This document shows positions 23,144-31,622 of a stretch of 46,523 bases of DNA, piece after piece; the stretch's first letter is position 1; the number at the start of each line of letters is the position of its first letter. The stretch spans positions 1 to 46,523 of the forward strand of contig CAZUBJ010000002.1 of the NCBI GenBank assembly GCA_964618705.1, written 5' to 3'. The notes under the pieces are model-generated. The model was given only the letters and a program-made list of their open reading frames with translations. It ran no database searches and was not told where the DNA came from. The translations under genes and the position numbers were made by a program. This stretch comes from an uncultured Candidatus Saccharibacteria bacterium. Lineage in GTDB: Bacteria > Patescibacteriota > Minisyncoccia > Phycocordibacterales > Phycocordibacteraceae.

Positions 23144-23309
23144 AGGAAATCGTTAGGGGGTTAATTCCTCTAGGGCTACTGAGCCCCACAAGAGGGCTAC
23201 CGAAGAAAGTATAGGAAATGAGCCATATATTGCAATAGCCAGGAAAACTTGACGGGGATAGCGAAAATCGCCCCAATTGGAGCGATTTTCTTAACCCATG
23301 TCAACTGAG

Positions 23310-24839
23310 CTAGCGAGCAAACTCCACTACGCGATTCTCGCGGATGACATTTACCTTAATTTCTCCAGGATATTTCAGTTCATCCTGCACGCGCTTGGCA
23401 ATATCGCGTGCCATTTTGTGCATCGCAATGTCTGAGACCTTGCCTGGATTCACAAAGATACGCAATTCGCGCCCTGCACTGATGGCATATACCTTTTCAA
23501 CGCCCGGGTAGGAGGCTGCAAGGCGCTCCAGGTCGCCAAGACGCTCAAGATAGCGCTCTACGGTGTCACGGCGCGCGCCTGGGCGACCTGCGCTAATGGC
23601 GTCTGCCACCTGCACAATCATGGACTCAGGTGTTTCATACGGATACTCCTCGTGATGCGACTGCATAGCCTGTATCACGCGTATATCCACGCCGAATTTC
23701 TCCAGGATTCTACGGCCAATTTCCACGTGCGTGCCCTGCACTTCGTGGTCCACCGCTTTTCCAATGTCGTGGAGGAGTGCGCCTGTGCGCGCCACTTCTG
23801 CGTCAGCACCAAGCTCTTCTGCGAGCATGCCCGAGAGGTGCGCCATTTCTATAGAGTGCTGCAGCACGTTCTGTCCGTAGCTGGTGCGGAAGTGCAGGCG
23901 ACCAAGGAGTGCGACCAATTTTGGATCAAGTCCTACAACACCCACTTCGTACGCGGCTTCTTCGCCTTTTTGCTTAATGATTTCGTGAATCTGCGTCTTT
24001 GCTTTCTCTACTGCCTCTTCAATCTTTGCAGGCTGAATACGTCCGTCCTCAATCAATGATTCAAGCGCAAGCTTTGCCGTGTGGCGGCGAATTGGATCAA
24101 AGGAAGATATGGTGATTTTGTCGGGCGCGTCATCAATAATCACATCAACGCCCGTAGCACGCTCGAAGGCCTTGATGTTACGTCCTTCCTTTCCAATAAT
24201 TTTTCCTTTCACCTCCTCAGATGCAATGGTAATGGAAAGCGTCATTACGTCCGCGTTCACATTCGCCGCTAGACGATGAATAGTGGTAAGGAGGATGGAG
24301 CGAGCCTTGTCTTCCAGGCGTGCCTTGCCGTGCGCATCAAGTTTTTGCAAGCGAGCAAGAATAGACTCTTCTAACGTTTCCTCCAAATCACGCATCAGCA
24401 TGGTGCGTGCCTCATTCTCTGAAAGTCTCCCAAGACGCGTAAGCTCTGATCTGCGCTCGGCGAGCAGTTTGTCCGCCTCACGCTTCAGGTTTGCCACCTC
24501 GTTCTCGCGGTTGCGCACCTCTTCAGAATCGTCCGCAAGTGCACGCTCACGCTCGTCAAGAAATTCCTCACGCTTTGCAAGGCGCTCGGTGTTCTTCTCA
24601 AGCTTCTCCTCACGCTCCTTTAAGGGGCCTGCGAGCTCGCTTTCAACCTCTTCGGCGCGTAGCTCTGCTTCTTGAATGATGCGAGAAGCACGCTCCTTAG
24701 CTTCAAGGAGCTTTTGCTTTACTTCAAGCTCAAGCGAGCCACGCTGACCAAGAGCAATCAGGAATCGTAGGGTGTATCCGAGGGCAATACCCGCAAGACC
24801 ACTTAGTGCTAGCAGGGCTAAAATTAACTTAATAGACAT
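23310..24839 (-). CDS. rny: ribonuclease Y
   Basis: N-terminal TM helix, a long coiled coil, KH domain (GKIIGKEGRNIKAFERATGVDVIIDD) and HD domain (ALLHDIGKAVDHE). ATG at 24839. Confidence 0.9.
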   Translation of the reverse strand: MSIKLILALLALSGLAGIALGYTLRFLIALGQRGSLELEVKQKLLEAKERASRIIQEAELRAEEVESELAGPLKEREEKLEKNTERLAKREEFLDERERALADDSEEVRNRENEVANLKREADKLLAERRSELTRLGRLSENEARTMLMRDLEETLEESILARLQKLDAHGKARLEDKARSILLTTIHRLAANVNADVMTLSITIASEEVKGKIIGKEGRNIKAFERATGVDVIIDDAPDKITISSFDPIRRHTAKLALESLIEDGRIQPAKIEEAVEKAKTQIHEIIKQKGEEAAYEVGVVGLDPKLVALLGRLHFRTSYGQNVLQHSIEMAHLSGMLAEELGADAEVARTGALLHDIGKAVDHEVQGTHVEIGRRILEKFGVDIRVIQAMQSHHEEYPYETPESMIVQVADAISAGRPGARRDTVERYLERLGDLERLAASYPGVEKVYAISAGRELRIFVNPGKVSDIAMHKMARDIAKRVQDELKYPGEIKVNVIRENRVVEFAR

Positions 24840-24977
24840 ACACAAATTTCATACGAGCCATGTGGCTGCGCGGTTAGGGTCAAAAGTTGGTAGTACAGAG
24901 TTCAGTCGCGACAATCGTTCCAGAGGTTCAGTGCGTCTGTAGCCATAGTGCCACAGCGCGGTGGGGGCGCAAATAAA

Positions 24978-25010
24978 CGAGAAACGGCGCCCAGTGGGCG
25001 CCGTTTCTCG
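24978..25010 (-). terminator. terminator downstream of clpP
   Basis: CGAGAAACGGCGCC-cagt-GGGCGCCGTTTCTCG; a T-rich run follows on the minus strand. Confidence 0.75.
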
Positions 25011-25025
25011 AGCACAAGCCTCGAA

Positions 25026-25631
25026 TTACTTGGCTTTGTAGACCGTATCAACTAGGCCGTACTTCTTAGCCTCCTCCGCAGTCATAAAGAAGTCGCGATC
25101 AACATCTTTCTCGACCTTTGCGAGTGTTTGGCCAGATGCTTTTGCGAGCATTCTATTCAAACGGTCGCGTGTCGCGAGGATGTGGCGCGCCGTAATCTCG
25201 ATGTCCGCTGCCTGTCCCTGCACACCACCCCATGGCTGGTGAATCATGACCTCGGCGTTTGGAAGTGCGAAGCGCTTGCCCTTGGCACCAGACGCCAGAA
25301 TAACGGAGCCCATAGATGCTGCCATTCCCACTACCACCGTCGCCACTGATGGCTTGATGTGGTTCATGGTGTCTACAATCGCAAGACCCGCGGTCACCGA
25401 GCCGCCTGGAGAGTTGATGTAGAGGAAAATATCCTTCTTCGGGTCCTCGGCCTCGAGGAACAGGAGCTGTGCAATCACCAAGTTTGCGGTGTCATCGTCA
25501 ACGCCACCTGAGAGGAACACAATGCGCTCGCGAAGGAGGCGCGAGTAGATGTCGTATGCACGCTCGCCAAACTGTGACTTCTCAATCACCATTGGGACAA
25601 GCATTGAAGCGCGCGAGGTTTCTTTACTCAT
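25026..25631 (-). CDS. clpP: ATP-dependent Clp protease proteolytic subunit
   Basis: [41 protein letters not shown] (Ser), MIHQPWGG (His). Confidence 0.92.
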   Translation of the reverse strand: MSKETSRASMLVPMVIEKSQFGERAYDIYSRLLRERIVFLSGGVDDDTANLVIAQLLFLEAEDPKKDIFLYINSPGGSVTAGLAIVDTMNHIKPSVATVVVGMAASMGSVILASGAKGKRFALPNAEVMIHQPWGGVQGQAADIEITARHILATRDRLNRMLAKASGQTLAKVEKDVDRDFFMTAEEAKKYGLVDTVYKAK

Positions 25632-25693
25632 ATATATAGTGGGTTAGTGGGGGAATGGTACCAGAAAAACGGACAGAGAAGAATGTAGAGAAG

Positions 25694-25888
25694 TTACTCT
25701 GTAGGTACCGCGACCTCTACCTGCAGCGTCTCGCTCTCCTCAGTCGCGTACTGGTAATTCTGTGCCACACGCTTGTTCCATACGTAAAAAGCACCGACGA
25801 CAAGAATGACGACTATCATAATGATAGAGAATAGGCTGCCGTATGCGCCGGGAGCCTTCTGGGGGATTGGGGTCTGTGCTGGTTCCAT
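25694..25888 (-). CDS. small single-pass membrane protein
   Basis: ATG at 25888. TM helix LFSIIMIVVILVVGAFYVW. The longer listed ORF runs into the repeat element. Confidence 0.45.
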   Translation of the reverse strand: MEPAQTPIPQKAPGAYGSLFSIIMIVVILVVGAFYVWNKRVAQNYQYATEESETLQVEVAVPTE

Positions 25889-25925
25889 AGTTTTATTAGT
25901 ATACCCCTCTCGTACTGGGCACGAC

Positions 25926-26027
25926 AAAAGGCCACAACTGCAGCGTTGCTCGCTCCGGGGCTCACTCACCGTATAGCACATACGGCTCGTTTCACTCCTC
26001 ACTCGCGCCTTGCATTTGTGGCCTTTT
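25926..26027. repeat. CT-rich REP-like intergenic repeat, copy 4 (best-structured copy)
   Basis: Outer stem AAAAGGCCACAACTGCA / TGCATTTGTGGCCTTTT. Inner hairpin CCGTAT-agcac-ATACGG. The internal strands are both pyrimidine-rich (gttgctcgctccggggctcactca / ctcgtttcactcctcactcgcgcc). Confidence 0.55.
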
Positions 26028-26044
26028 GAACGCGCCTTAATCTT

Positions 26045-26566
26045 CTAGTCCTTTTTTGCGTCGTAGAGCTCGCGAGAGCGAGTGAACGCAGCTTCAGCTT
26101 CCGCCTTGCCGCCCCACTCACCAAGAGTCACTTCCTTGTTCTGAATCGTCTTGTAGGTCAGGAAGAAGTGCGTGATTTCCTTGAGCGTGTGCTTGTTCAC
26201 GTCTGCTAGGTCTGCAACCTCCTTGAAACGAGGATCGTCGCAGGGAACCGCTAGAATCTTTGCGTCAGACTCGCCGCCATCAACCATCGGAAGAATGGCA
26301 ACCGGGCGTGCGCGCACAAGGATGCCTGGCATGAGCGGATAGGTGGTAAGCAGTACCACATCAAGCGCGTCACCATCGTCCCACAGAGTCTGTGGCACAA
26401 ATCCGTAATCAAACGGATAGTCCTGAGCAGAGTGCATCACGCGATCAAGCGCGATGAGTCCCGTCTCCTTATCAATCTCGTACTTGTTCTTAGAACCTTT
26501 TGGAATCTCAATAATGACATTCATTTCGTCGGCAGTGCCAGACACTACATCGTGTAGCAAGTTCAT
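26045..26566 (-). CDS. ppa: inorganic pyrophosphatase (family I)
   Basis: NVIIEIPKGSKNKYEIDKETG…DYGFVPQT…DGDALDVVLL. Confidence 0.9.
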   Translation of the reverse strand: MNLLHDVVSGTADEMNVIIEIPKGSKNKYEIDKETGLIALDRVMHSAQDYPFDYGFVPQTLWDDGDALDVVLLTTYPLMPGILVRARPVAILPMVDGGESDAKILAVPCDDPRFKEVADLADVNKHTLKEITHFFLTYKTIQNKEVTLGEWGGKAEAEAAFTRSRELYDAKKD

Positions 26567-26581
26567 ACAATAAGATTGGAA

Positions 26582-27973
26582 TTACTTAGCTTCGTCTCGA
26601 GCTTCCTGTTCGTCAACAACTGAGTCGTTGGACTCGTCGCTCTTTGTGAGCTCCTCCTCCGCAGAGAGCGCTGAAGATTCTGGCTCCTCCTCGGTGATAA
26701 CAGACTCGGTCTCGGTTGGATCAATACCGGCTGCAACTGCTGGATCAGCATCCTCAGCTGCCTCAAGCTCCTCGATAACCTCGTCGCTTGCACCCTCAGG
26801 TGTTGCAACAGCTGCCTCTGCTTCTGCATGAGCGCCACCAACAGAGTTAATGTCGATGTTCCAGCCAGTGAGCTTTGCGGCAAGGCGCACATTCTGTCCG
26901 CCACGACCAATCGCAAGAGACTGCTGGTCCTCAGACACTGTCACCGTTGCGCGATGTCCCTCCTCGTCGAGCACAATATCAAGCGCGGTAGCAGGGGAGA
27001 GAGACTCCTTGATGTAGGCAGCCTGATCTTCTGACCACTCGATGATGTCGATGCGCTCGCCACCCAGCTCGCTCATAACCGTAGACACGCGTACACCGCG
27101 CTGTCCGACGAGCGAACCTACTGGATCAACGTGTGGGTCGGTTGAAGCGATAGCAATCTTGGTGCGGCTTCCTGGCTCGCGCGCAAGACCCTTCACCTCG
27201 ATAGCACCACTTGCAAGCTCAGGAGCCTCCAGCTCAAACAACTTCACGATGAAACGTGGATGAGAACGTGAGAGACGTAGGTATACGCCACGGAATCCCT
27301 CATCTACTGCGTAGAGGTATGCGCGAATGCGCTCGCCGCCTCGGAAACGCTCGCCGGGAATCTGTTCCTCGTAGGGAATGATACCGGTAGCGCGACCAAG
27401 GTCGATGAATACCGCACCACGCTCAACGCGCTGCACGATACCAGAGACAATCTCGCCCTTCTTGTGACCGAACTCGTCCAAGATTGAAAGCTTCTCAGCC
27501 TCGCGAATCTTCTGAATAACTACCTGCTTCGCAGTCTGTGCAGCAATGCGGCCAAAGTCGTCCTGTGGCTCTAGTGGGAAAATCATTTCCTCACCCACCT
27601 CAACACCGCGCTTAATGCGCTTGGCGTCGTCAATCAACATGTGCTTCTCGGCATCAAAGCGGGGAAGCTCGCCTTCGTTGAGTATTTCTACCTCTTCGCG
27701 GTGTCCGTGCTGTTCTGGAGCGTGCACAATCTCCTCCTCGCCCTCCTCAGGGAAGCGCACCATAGACTCATCCACGACGGTCTTTACCTGCTCAAAGGCA
27801 ACGGTACCCGTATTCATGTCCAAAATGCCACGGATTACCTGTCCGCGCTTTCCGTACTCTTTCTTGTAGGCAGTGGCCATGGCCTGTTCAATAGCGTCCA
27901 CCATCACCTCCTTGGTGATGCCGCGCTCCTCAAACTCGCCGAGCACTGAATTGATTGTTTTTAGATCCAACAT
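26582..27973 (-). CDS. nusA: transcription termination/antitermination factor NusA with an acidic C-terminal tail
   Basis: The N-terminal domain (VLGEFEERGITKEVMVDAIEQAMATAYKK), an S1 domain, two KH domains (GPRGVRV-type: VGQRGVRVSTV; AIGRGGQNVRLAAKLTGW) and a D/E/A-rich tail. ATG at 27973. Confidence 0.9.
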   Translation of the reverse strand: MLDLKTINSVLGEFEERGITKEVMVDAIEQAMATAYKKEYGKRGQVIRGILDMNTGTVAFEQVKTVVDESMVRFPEEGEEEIVHAPEQHGHREEVEILNEGELPRFDAEKHMLIDDAKRIKRGVEVGEEMIFPLEPQDDFGRIAAQTAKQVVIQKIREAEKLSILDEFGHKKGEIVSGIVQRVERGAVFIDLGRATGIIPYEEQIPGERFRGGERIRAYLYAVDEGFRGVYLRLSRSHPRFIVKLFELEAPELASGAIEVKGLAREPGSRTKIAIASTDPHVDPVGSLVGQRGVRVSTVMSELGGERIDIIEWSEDQAAYIKESLSPATALDIVLDEEGHRATVTVSEDQQSLAIGRGGQNVRLAAKLTGWNIDINSVGGAHAEAEAAVATPEGASDEVIEELEAAEDADPAVAAGIDPTETESVITEEEPESSALSAEEELTKSDESNDSVVDEQEARDEAK

Positions 27974-28131
27974 AAGCCGATATTTAGTTGTAGAAACCGT
28001 ATGTAATTGTAGTAACGCCACTCCATAGTCGCACGAGGAGGGGACTTTTAACAAAGAAATGCCCGGGTTCCCGGACATCTCAGTTAGGTATAACATACCA
28101 TATATAGGTAGATTTGGTCAATAGACGTAAC

Positions 28132-28160
28132 TTGACTATTTGTCTACAGTGGTGTAATAC
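28132..28160 (+). promoter_or_regulatory. sigma70-type promoter in front of the GC-rich orphan gene
   Basis: TTGACT-N17-TAATAC. Confidence 0.5.
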
Positions 28161-28274
28161 ATATATGCGTTTGGGCCTTTGTTTTGGCCCTCCATTTCCT
28201 CCAACCGGGGACTGGATCAGGAGCGCACCGCTCTTTGACCGTCTCCAACAAACCCTTGAAAGGGGAAGCATAAC

Positions 28275-28808
28275 ATGAGTGCCACTGACATCGGCGACGC
28301 TGAATTCACCCGTGCGACCACCAACGACGACCTGGGCACCCAGATCATTGATGGTCAGCGCGGCATGGACCCGCTTCGCGTCGTCCTCCTCGCCGGCCTC
28401 GCCATCGTGCTCGCCATCGTCGCCGTCCTCGGCTGGGGCGCCTACAAGAGCAACCAGCTGCCGGCGCCGTTCACCATCAAGAAGGGCGAAGTCATGCTGG
28501 ATCACACCGGCGGAAACCTCGGCCTGGCCATCAAGGTGGCCGAGCGCACCGGTATGCTCGTCGTCGCCACCGAGAAGTGCGGCATCGAGAAGCCGGAGCT
28601 GGTTCGCCAGCTGTGCGGTCGACCGCTCGAGGTCAGCTACACCGAGGCACGTCGCATCGCGCCGCTGACCGACACCATCGAGATCGACATCCCGGTCTAC
28701 GACGGCGACTTCATCGACCCCGAGACCGGCGTCTACCACGAAGCTCCGCGGCCGACGGGCACTGTCAGCCCCGTGGTCGTCTATGCGTTCCCTCCGGCGA
28801 AGAAGTAA
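28275..28808 (+). CDS. GC-rich orphan gene: single-pass membrane-anchored hypothetical protein
   Basis: AAAGGGGAAG lies before the ATG. TM helix VVLLAGLAIVLAIVAVLGWGAY. A terminator follows. Hand counts give 39/60 and 45/60 G+C in lines 28321-28380 and 28381-28440. The many overlapping ORFs on other frames are GC-induced shadows. Confidence 0.55.
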   Translation: MSATDIGDAEFTRATTNDDLGTQIIDGQRGMDPLRVVLLAGLAIVLAIVAVLGWGAYKSNQLPAPFTIKKGEVMLDHTGGNLGLAIKVAERTGMLVVATEKCGIEKPELVRQLCGRPLEVSYTEARRIAPLTDTIEIDIPVYDGDFIDPETGVYHEAPRPTGTVSPVVVYAFPPAKK

Positions 28809-28840
28809 TCGCCACCTTTCAACAATCAGGGAGACGAAGA

Positions 28841-28868
28841 CGCTCGCGCACCTGCGCGGGCGTTTTTC
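28841..28868 (+). terminator. intrinsic terminator after the GC-rich orphan gene
   Basis: CGCTCGCGCA-cc-TGCGCGGGCG followed by TTTTTC. Confidence 0.7.
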
Positions 28869-28891
28869 TTTTCCCCGTAGAAAAAATATTT

Positions 28892-28918
28892 ACGTGCGAA
28901 CGCGATGCGTTCGCACGT
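28892..28918. promoter_or_regulatory. perfect 12-bp-arm palindrome abutting the pilB -10 box
   Basis: ACGTGCGAACGC-gat-GCGTTCGCACGT, immediately followed by TATACT (28919-28924), 20 nt before the pilB ATG. Confidence 0.5.
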
Positions 28919-28943
28919 TATACTTTCAATACGAACTTTTTAC

Positions 28944-30695
28944 ATGCAAGTATCTGAAAGCGAACTAAAAGAATTCATTCTTGATTCGGGACTCGTCTCC
29001 CGGAAGGAAGTTGAAGCTGCTGCAGAGGAAGGGAAGCAGCGTAAGCAATCAGTAGGAGACATCCTTGTTTCAAACGGACAACTTTCACAGGATGCGCTTC
29101 GTCGCATTAAGGCGTACGTGCTTGGTATTCCTTTTGTAAACTTGAAGGACCGAAAGATTCCACTTGAAGTGCTGTCACTCATTCCAGAACCAATTGCGCG
29201 CACGCACAGCATTGTTGCCTTTCGTAAGGGTGACAAGGAGCTTGAAGTGGCGATGCTTGATACTGAGGACCTTCCCGCTATTGATTCGGTGCGAAAGACC
29301 ACCGGTCTCACCATTCTGCCGCGCCTGACTGACGATGACTCGCTCAAACACACACTGTTGCAGTATCAAAAGTCGCTCAAGGAAGAATTCGGAGATTTGA
29401 TTGCTACCGAGTCTGGCCGCATCAACCTTATTAAGGATTCAGATGGAAAGGAGGTGACTGGAGAGGACCTCAAGAAAATGGCAGAAGATCTGCCGATTGT
29501 GCGCATCGTGGACACGCTCCTTCGCCATGCAATTATCCAGAGCGCATCCGATATTCATATTGAGCAGCTCGAGGACCAGGTGCTTGTACGCTATCGCATC
29601 GATGGCATTTTGCATGATGCAATGACACTGCCCAAGGATGCGGGGCCAGGCATTATTGCGCGCATCAAGGTGCTGTCATCTCTAAAGCTCGACGAGAAGC
29701 GTCTACCACAGGACGGCCGATTCAAAATGGAATCTGATGGCGACAAGGTGTCGTTCCGTGTCTCCATGCTCCCAACCTACTACGGGGAAAAGATTGTTAT
29801 GCGCTTGCTGCGCGAGACGGGTGAGGGCTTCTCACTGGAGACGCTTGGCTTCCACGGAGAGACCATGGAGCGCATTCATAAAGCGATGAAGCAAACAACG
29901 GGAATCATTCTCGTCTCTGGTCCTACCGGTTCTGGAAAAACCACCACGCTCTATACCATACTCGATATTTTGAACACGCCGGACGTAAACATCTCGACCG
30001 TAGAGGACCCGATTGAGTATCAGATGAAGCGCGTGAACCAAACACAAGTAAATCCAGCCATTGGGTTTACCTTTGCCCAAGGGTTGCGCTCGCTGCTTCG
30101 TCAGGATCCAAACATTATTATGGTGGGAGAGATTCGTGATAGTGAGACTGCGTCCCTTGCCATTAATGCGGCCCTCACCGGACACGTCGTACTCTCCACC
30201 ATTCACACCAACTCAGCCGCCGGCGCCATTCCGCGTCTCATTGATATGGGAGTGGAGCCGTTCCTGCTCGTATCAACACTTCGTCTCATTGTTGGACAGC
30301 GTTTGGTGCGCAGACTCTGCGATGGCAAGGAAGAGTACATTCCAGATAAGGTGGAGCGAGAGAAAGTGGCGAGCGAGGATCACTTTACTGCGGCGCTCGG
30401 CTCCCTTACAGAAGAAAAATTGATAAAGGCCGGTACTAAACTTGCCGACTTGCCGTTCTACCATCCAAAACCCTCAGCCGAGTGCGAAGAAGGGTACAAG
30501 AGTCGTATTGGTATCCATGAGATTCTCACCGTGTCGCCAACCATTCGTGATTTGATACTCCACAACGCATCTCCTGATGCTATCGAGGCGCAGGCTCGTA
30601 AGGAAGGTATGCTCACCATGCTCGACGACGGTATTTACAAAGCGGCGCGCGGCATCACCAGTCTTGAGGAGGTGCTCCGCGCAGTGACTGAGTAG
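28944..30695 (+). CDS. pilB: type IV pilus assembly ATPase (PilB/GspE family)
   Basis: N-terminal GSPII-type domain, Walker A GPTGSGKTTT, Asp box, Walker B IIMVGEIRD, His box STIHTN. ATG at 28944. Confidence 0.9.
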   Translation: MQVSESELKEFILDSGLVSRKEVEAAAEEGKQRKQSVGDILVSNGQLSQDALRRIKAYVLGIPFVNLKDRKIPLEVLSLIPEPIARTHSIVAFRKGDKELEVAMLDTEDLPAIDSVRKTTGLTILPRLTDDDSLKHTLLQYQKSLKEEFGDLIATESGRINLIKDSDGKEVTGEDLKKMAEDLPIVRIVDTLLRHAIIQSASDIHIEQLEDQVLVRYRIDGILHDAMTLPKDAGPGIIARIKVLSSLKLDEKRLPQDGRFKMESDGDKVSFRVSMLPTYYGEKIVMRLLRETGEGFSLETLGFHGETMERIHKAMKQTTGIILVSGPTGSGKTTTLYTILDILNTPDVNISTVEDPIEYQMKRVNQTQVNPAIGFTFAQGLRSLLRQDPNIIMVGEIRDSETASLAINAALTGHVVLSTIHTNSAAGAIPRLIDMGVEPFLLVSTLRLIVGQRLVRRLCDGKEEYIPDKVEREKVASEDHFTAALGSLTEEKLIKAGTKLADLPFYHPKPSAECEEGYKSRIGIHEILTVSPTIRDLILHNASPDAIEAQARKEGMLTMLDDGIYKAARGITSLEEVLRAVTE

Positions 30696-30789
30696 CACTG
30701 GCGCGCTCGCTCGCTCGGGTGTATACCTCTACGCAGAGCCGCAGTATCAAACGGACTATCTGTTTGGGTGTGGCATTGGAGGAACCTAC

Positions 30790-31095
30790 ATGTTCTGGAC
30801 ACTTCTGGCGATGAGTATCGCTGCCGTGCTGGCACTGTTTGCTGGTGCCTGCTTCGGGTTTGACCCACTCCTGGTGGGCGCGGTCGCGTTCTCTATCGCG
30901 TTTCTTCTCGGCTTTCAGGAGTCGGAGCGGGACGCGCTTCTTGCTTGGGGCGCTGGCTTCAGTCTCATCGCGTTCATCTTCTCGCGCATCCCACAGCTCT
31001 GGCCACTGTTCGAGTTTGTGGCGTCCGCCATCCTCGGTGTCGCGGTCGCGCTTCTCGTGACGGCCGCGGTCGACTGGGCGCGGACACGGGCATGA
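30790..31095 (+). CDS. GC-rich small multi-pass membrane protein, function unknown
   Basis: GGAGG lies 7 nt before the ATG. Three or four hydrophobic helices. The opposite-strand 157-aa ORF is judged a shadow. Confidence 0.5.
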   Translation: MFWTLLAMSIAAVLALFAGACFGFDPLLVGAVAFSIAFLLGFQESERDALLAWGAGFSLIAFIFSRIPQLWPLFEFVASAILGVAVALLVTAAVDWARTRA

Positions 31096-31213
31096 CACTA
31101 GCTGCCCCCTCTTGGGCCGGACTTCCACACGGAGGTTCGGCCCAAAGCTGTATCTAAATTAGAAATCGCCCGAACCATAGGAACGGGACGATTCCCGTTT
31201 TCAGTTCAGGCGA

Positions 31214-31528
31214 TTAGAGGCGTGCTCCTATTTGTCGCAGCCACTCAGCATCAAGCGCATGTAAGTCGTCCTCGTTTCTGTTGCCATTCTTGCGCTCGGC
31301 CTCCAGTCCATATTTCCAGAGAAGCCGGTAATTGGTTAATTGCTGCGAACAGTGCAGCTGCAGTTCTGCCAAGGCGTTCTGTCTGCCGCCAAAAACTTTC
31401 ACGACAATCATCCGCATAGGATTCTTGGCAGATAGAATGTCCCAGGACATCAAGGTACTCACCCATTCCGGGTGGGTGACATCCAGGACCTTGATGCAGT
31501 GTCCTACTCGTTCCGCGATCGCATTCAT
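31214..31528 (-). CDS. hypothetical protein (104 aa)
   Basis: ORF only; no motif recognised. It is inserted antisense between pilB and pilC. Confidence 0.35.
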   Translation of the reverse strand: MNAIAERVGHCIKVLDVTHPEWVSTLMSWDILSAKNPMRMIVVKVFGGRQNALAELQLHCSQQLTNYRLLWKYGLEAERKNGNRNEDDLHALDAEWLRQIGARL

Positions 31529-31622
31529 GGTTGTGGCCCTTCGCCGTTACACTTCGGAAGTCTGCTACGAATATGCGCTCGCGCGCACCGAACGTCAATA
31601 AGCGCATGCTACGATACCAGTA

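Noticed and set aside
24283-24675. 130-aa Ser/Arg-rich plus-strand ORF
   Set aside because: It is antisense to the coiled-coil (E/K/R/L-rich) part of RNase Y. This is an expected mirror-frame artefact.
28080-28739. 219-aa minus-strand ORF, plus the 129-aa and 126-aa plus-strand alternative frames in the GC-rich block
   Set aside because: These are typical stop-poor shadow frames of a high-GC gene. Only the 28275 frame has a promoter, a ribosome-binding site, a TM helix and a terminator in register.
30655-31128. 157-aa Arg/Glu/Asp-rich minus-strand ORF
   Set aside because: It is antisense to the 30790-31095 ORF, which has a GGAGG ribosome-binding site and coherent TM helices. The minus ORF overlaps the pilB 3' end and has a low-complexity charged composition.
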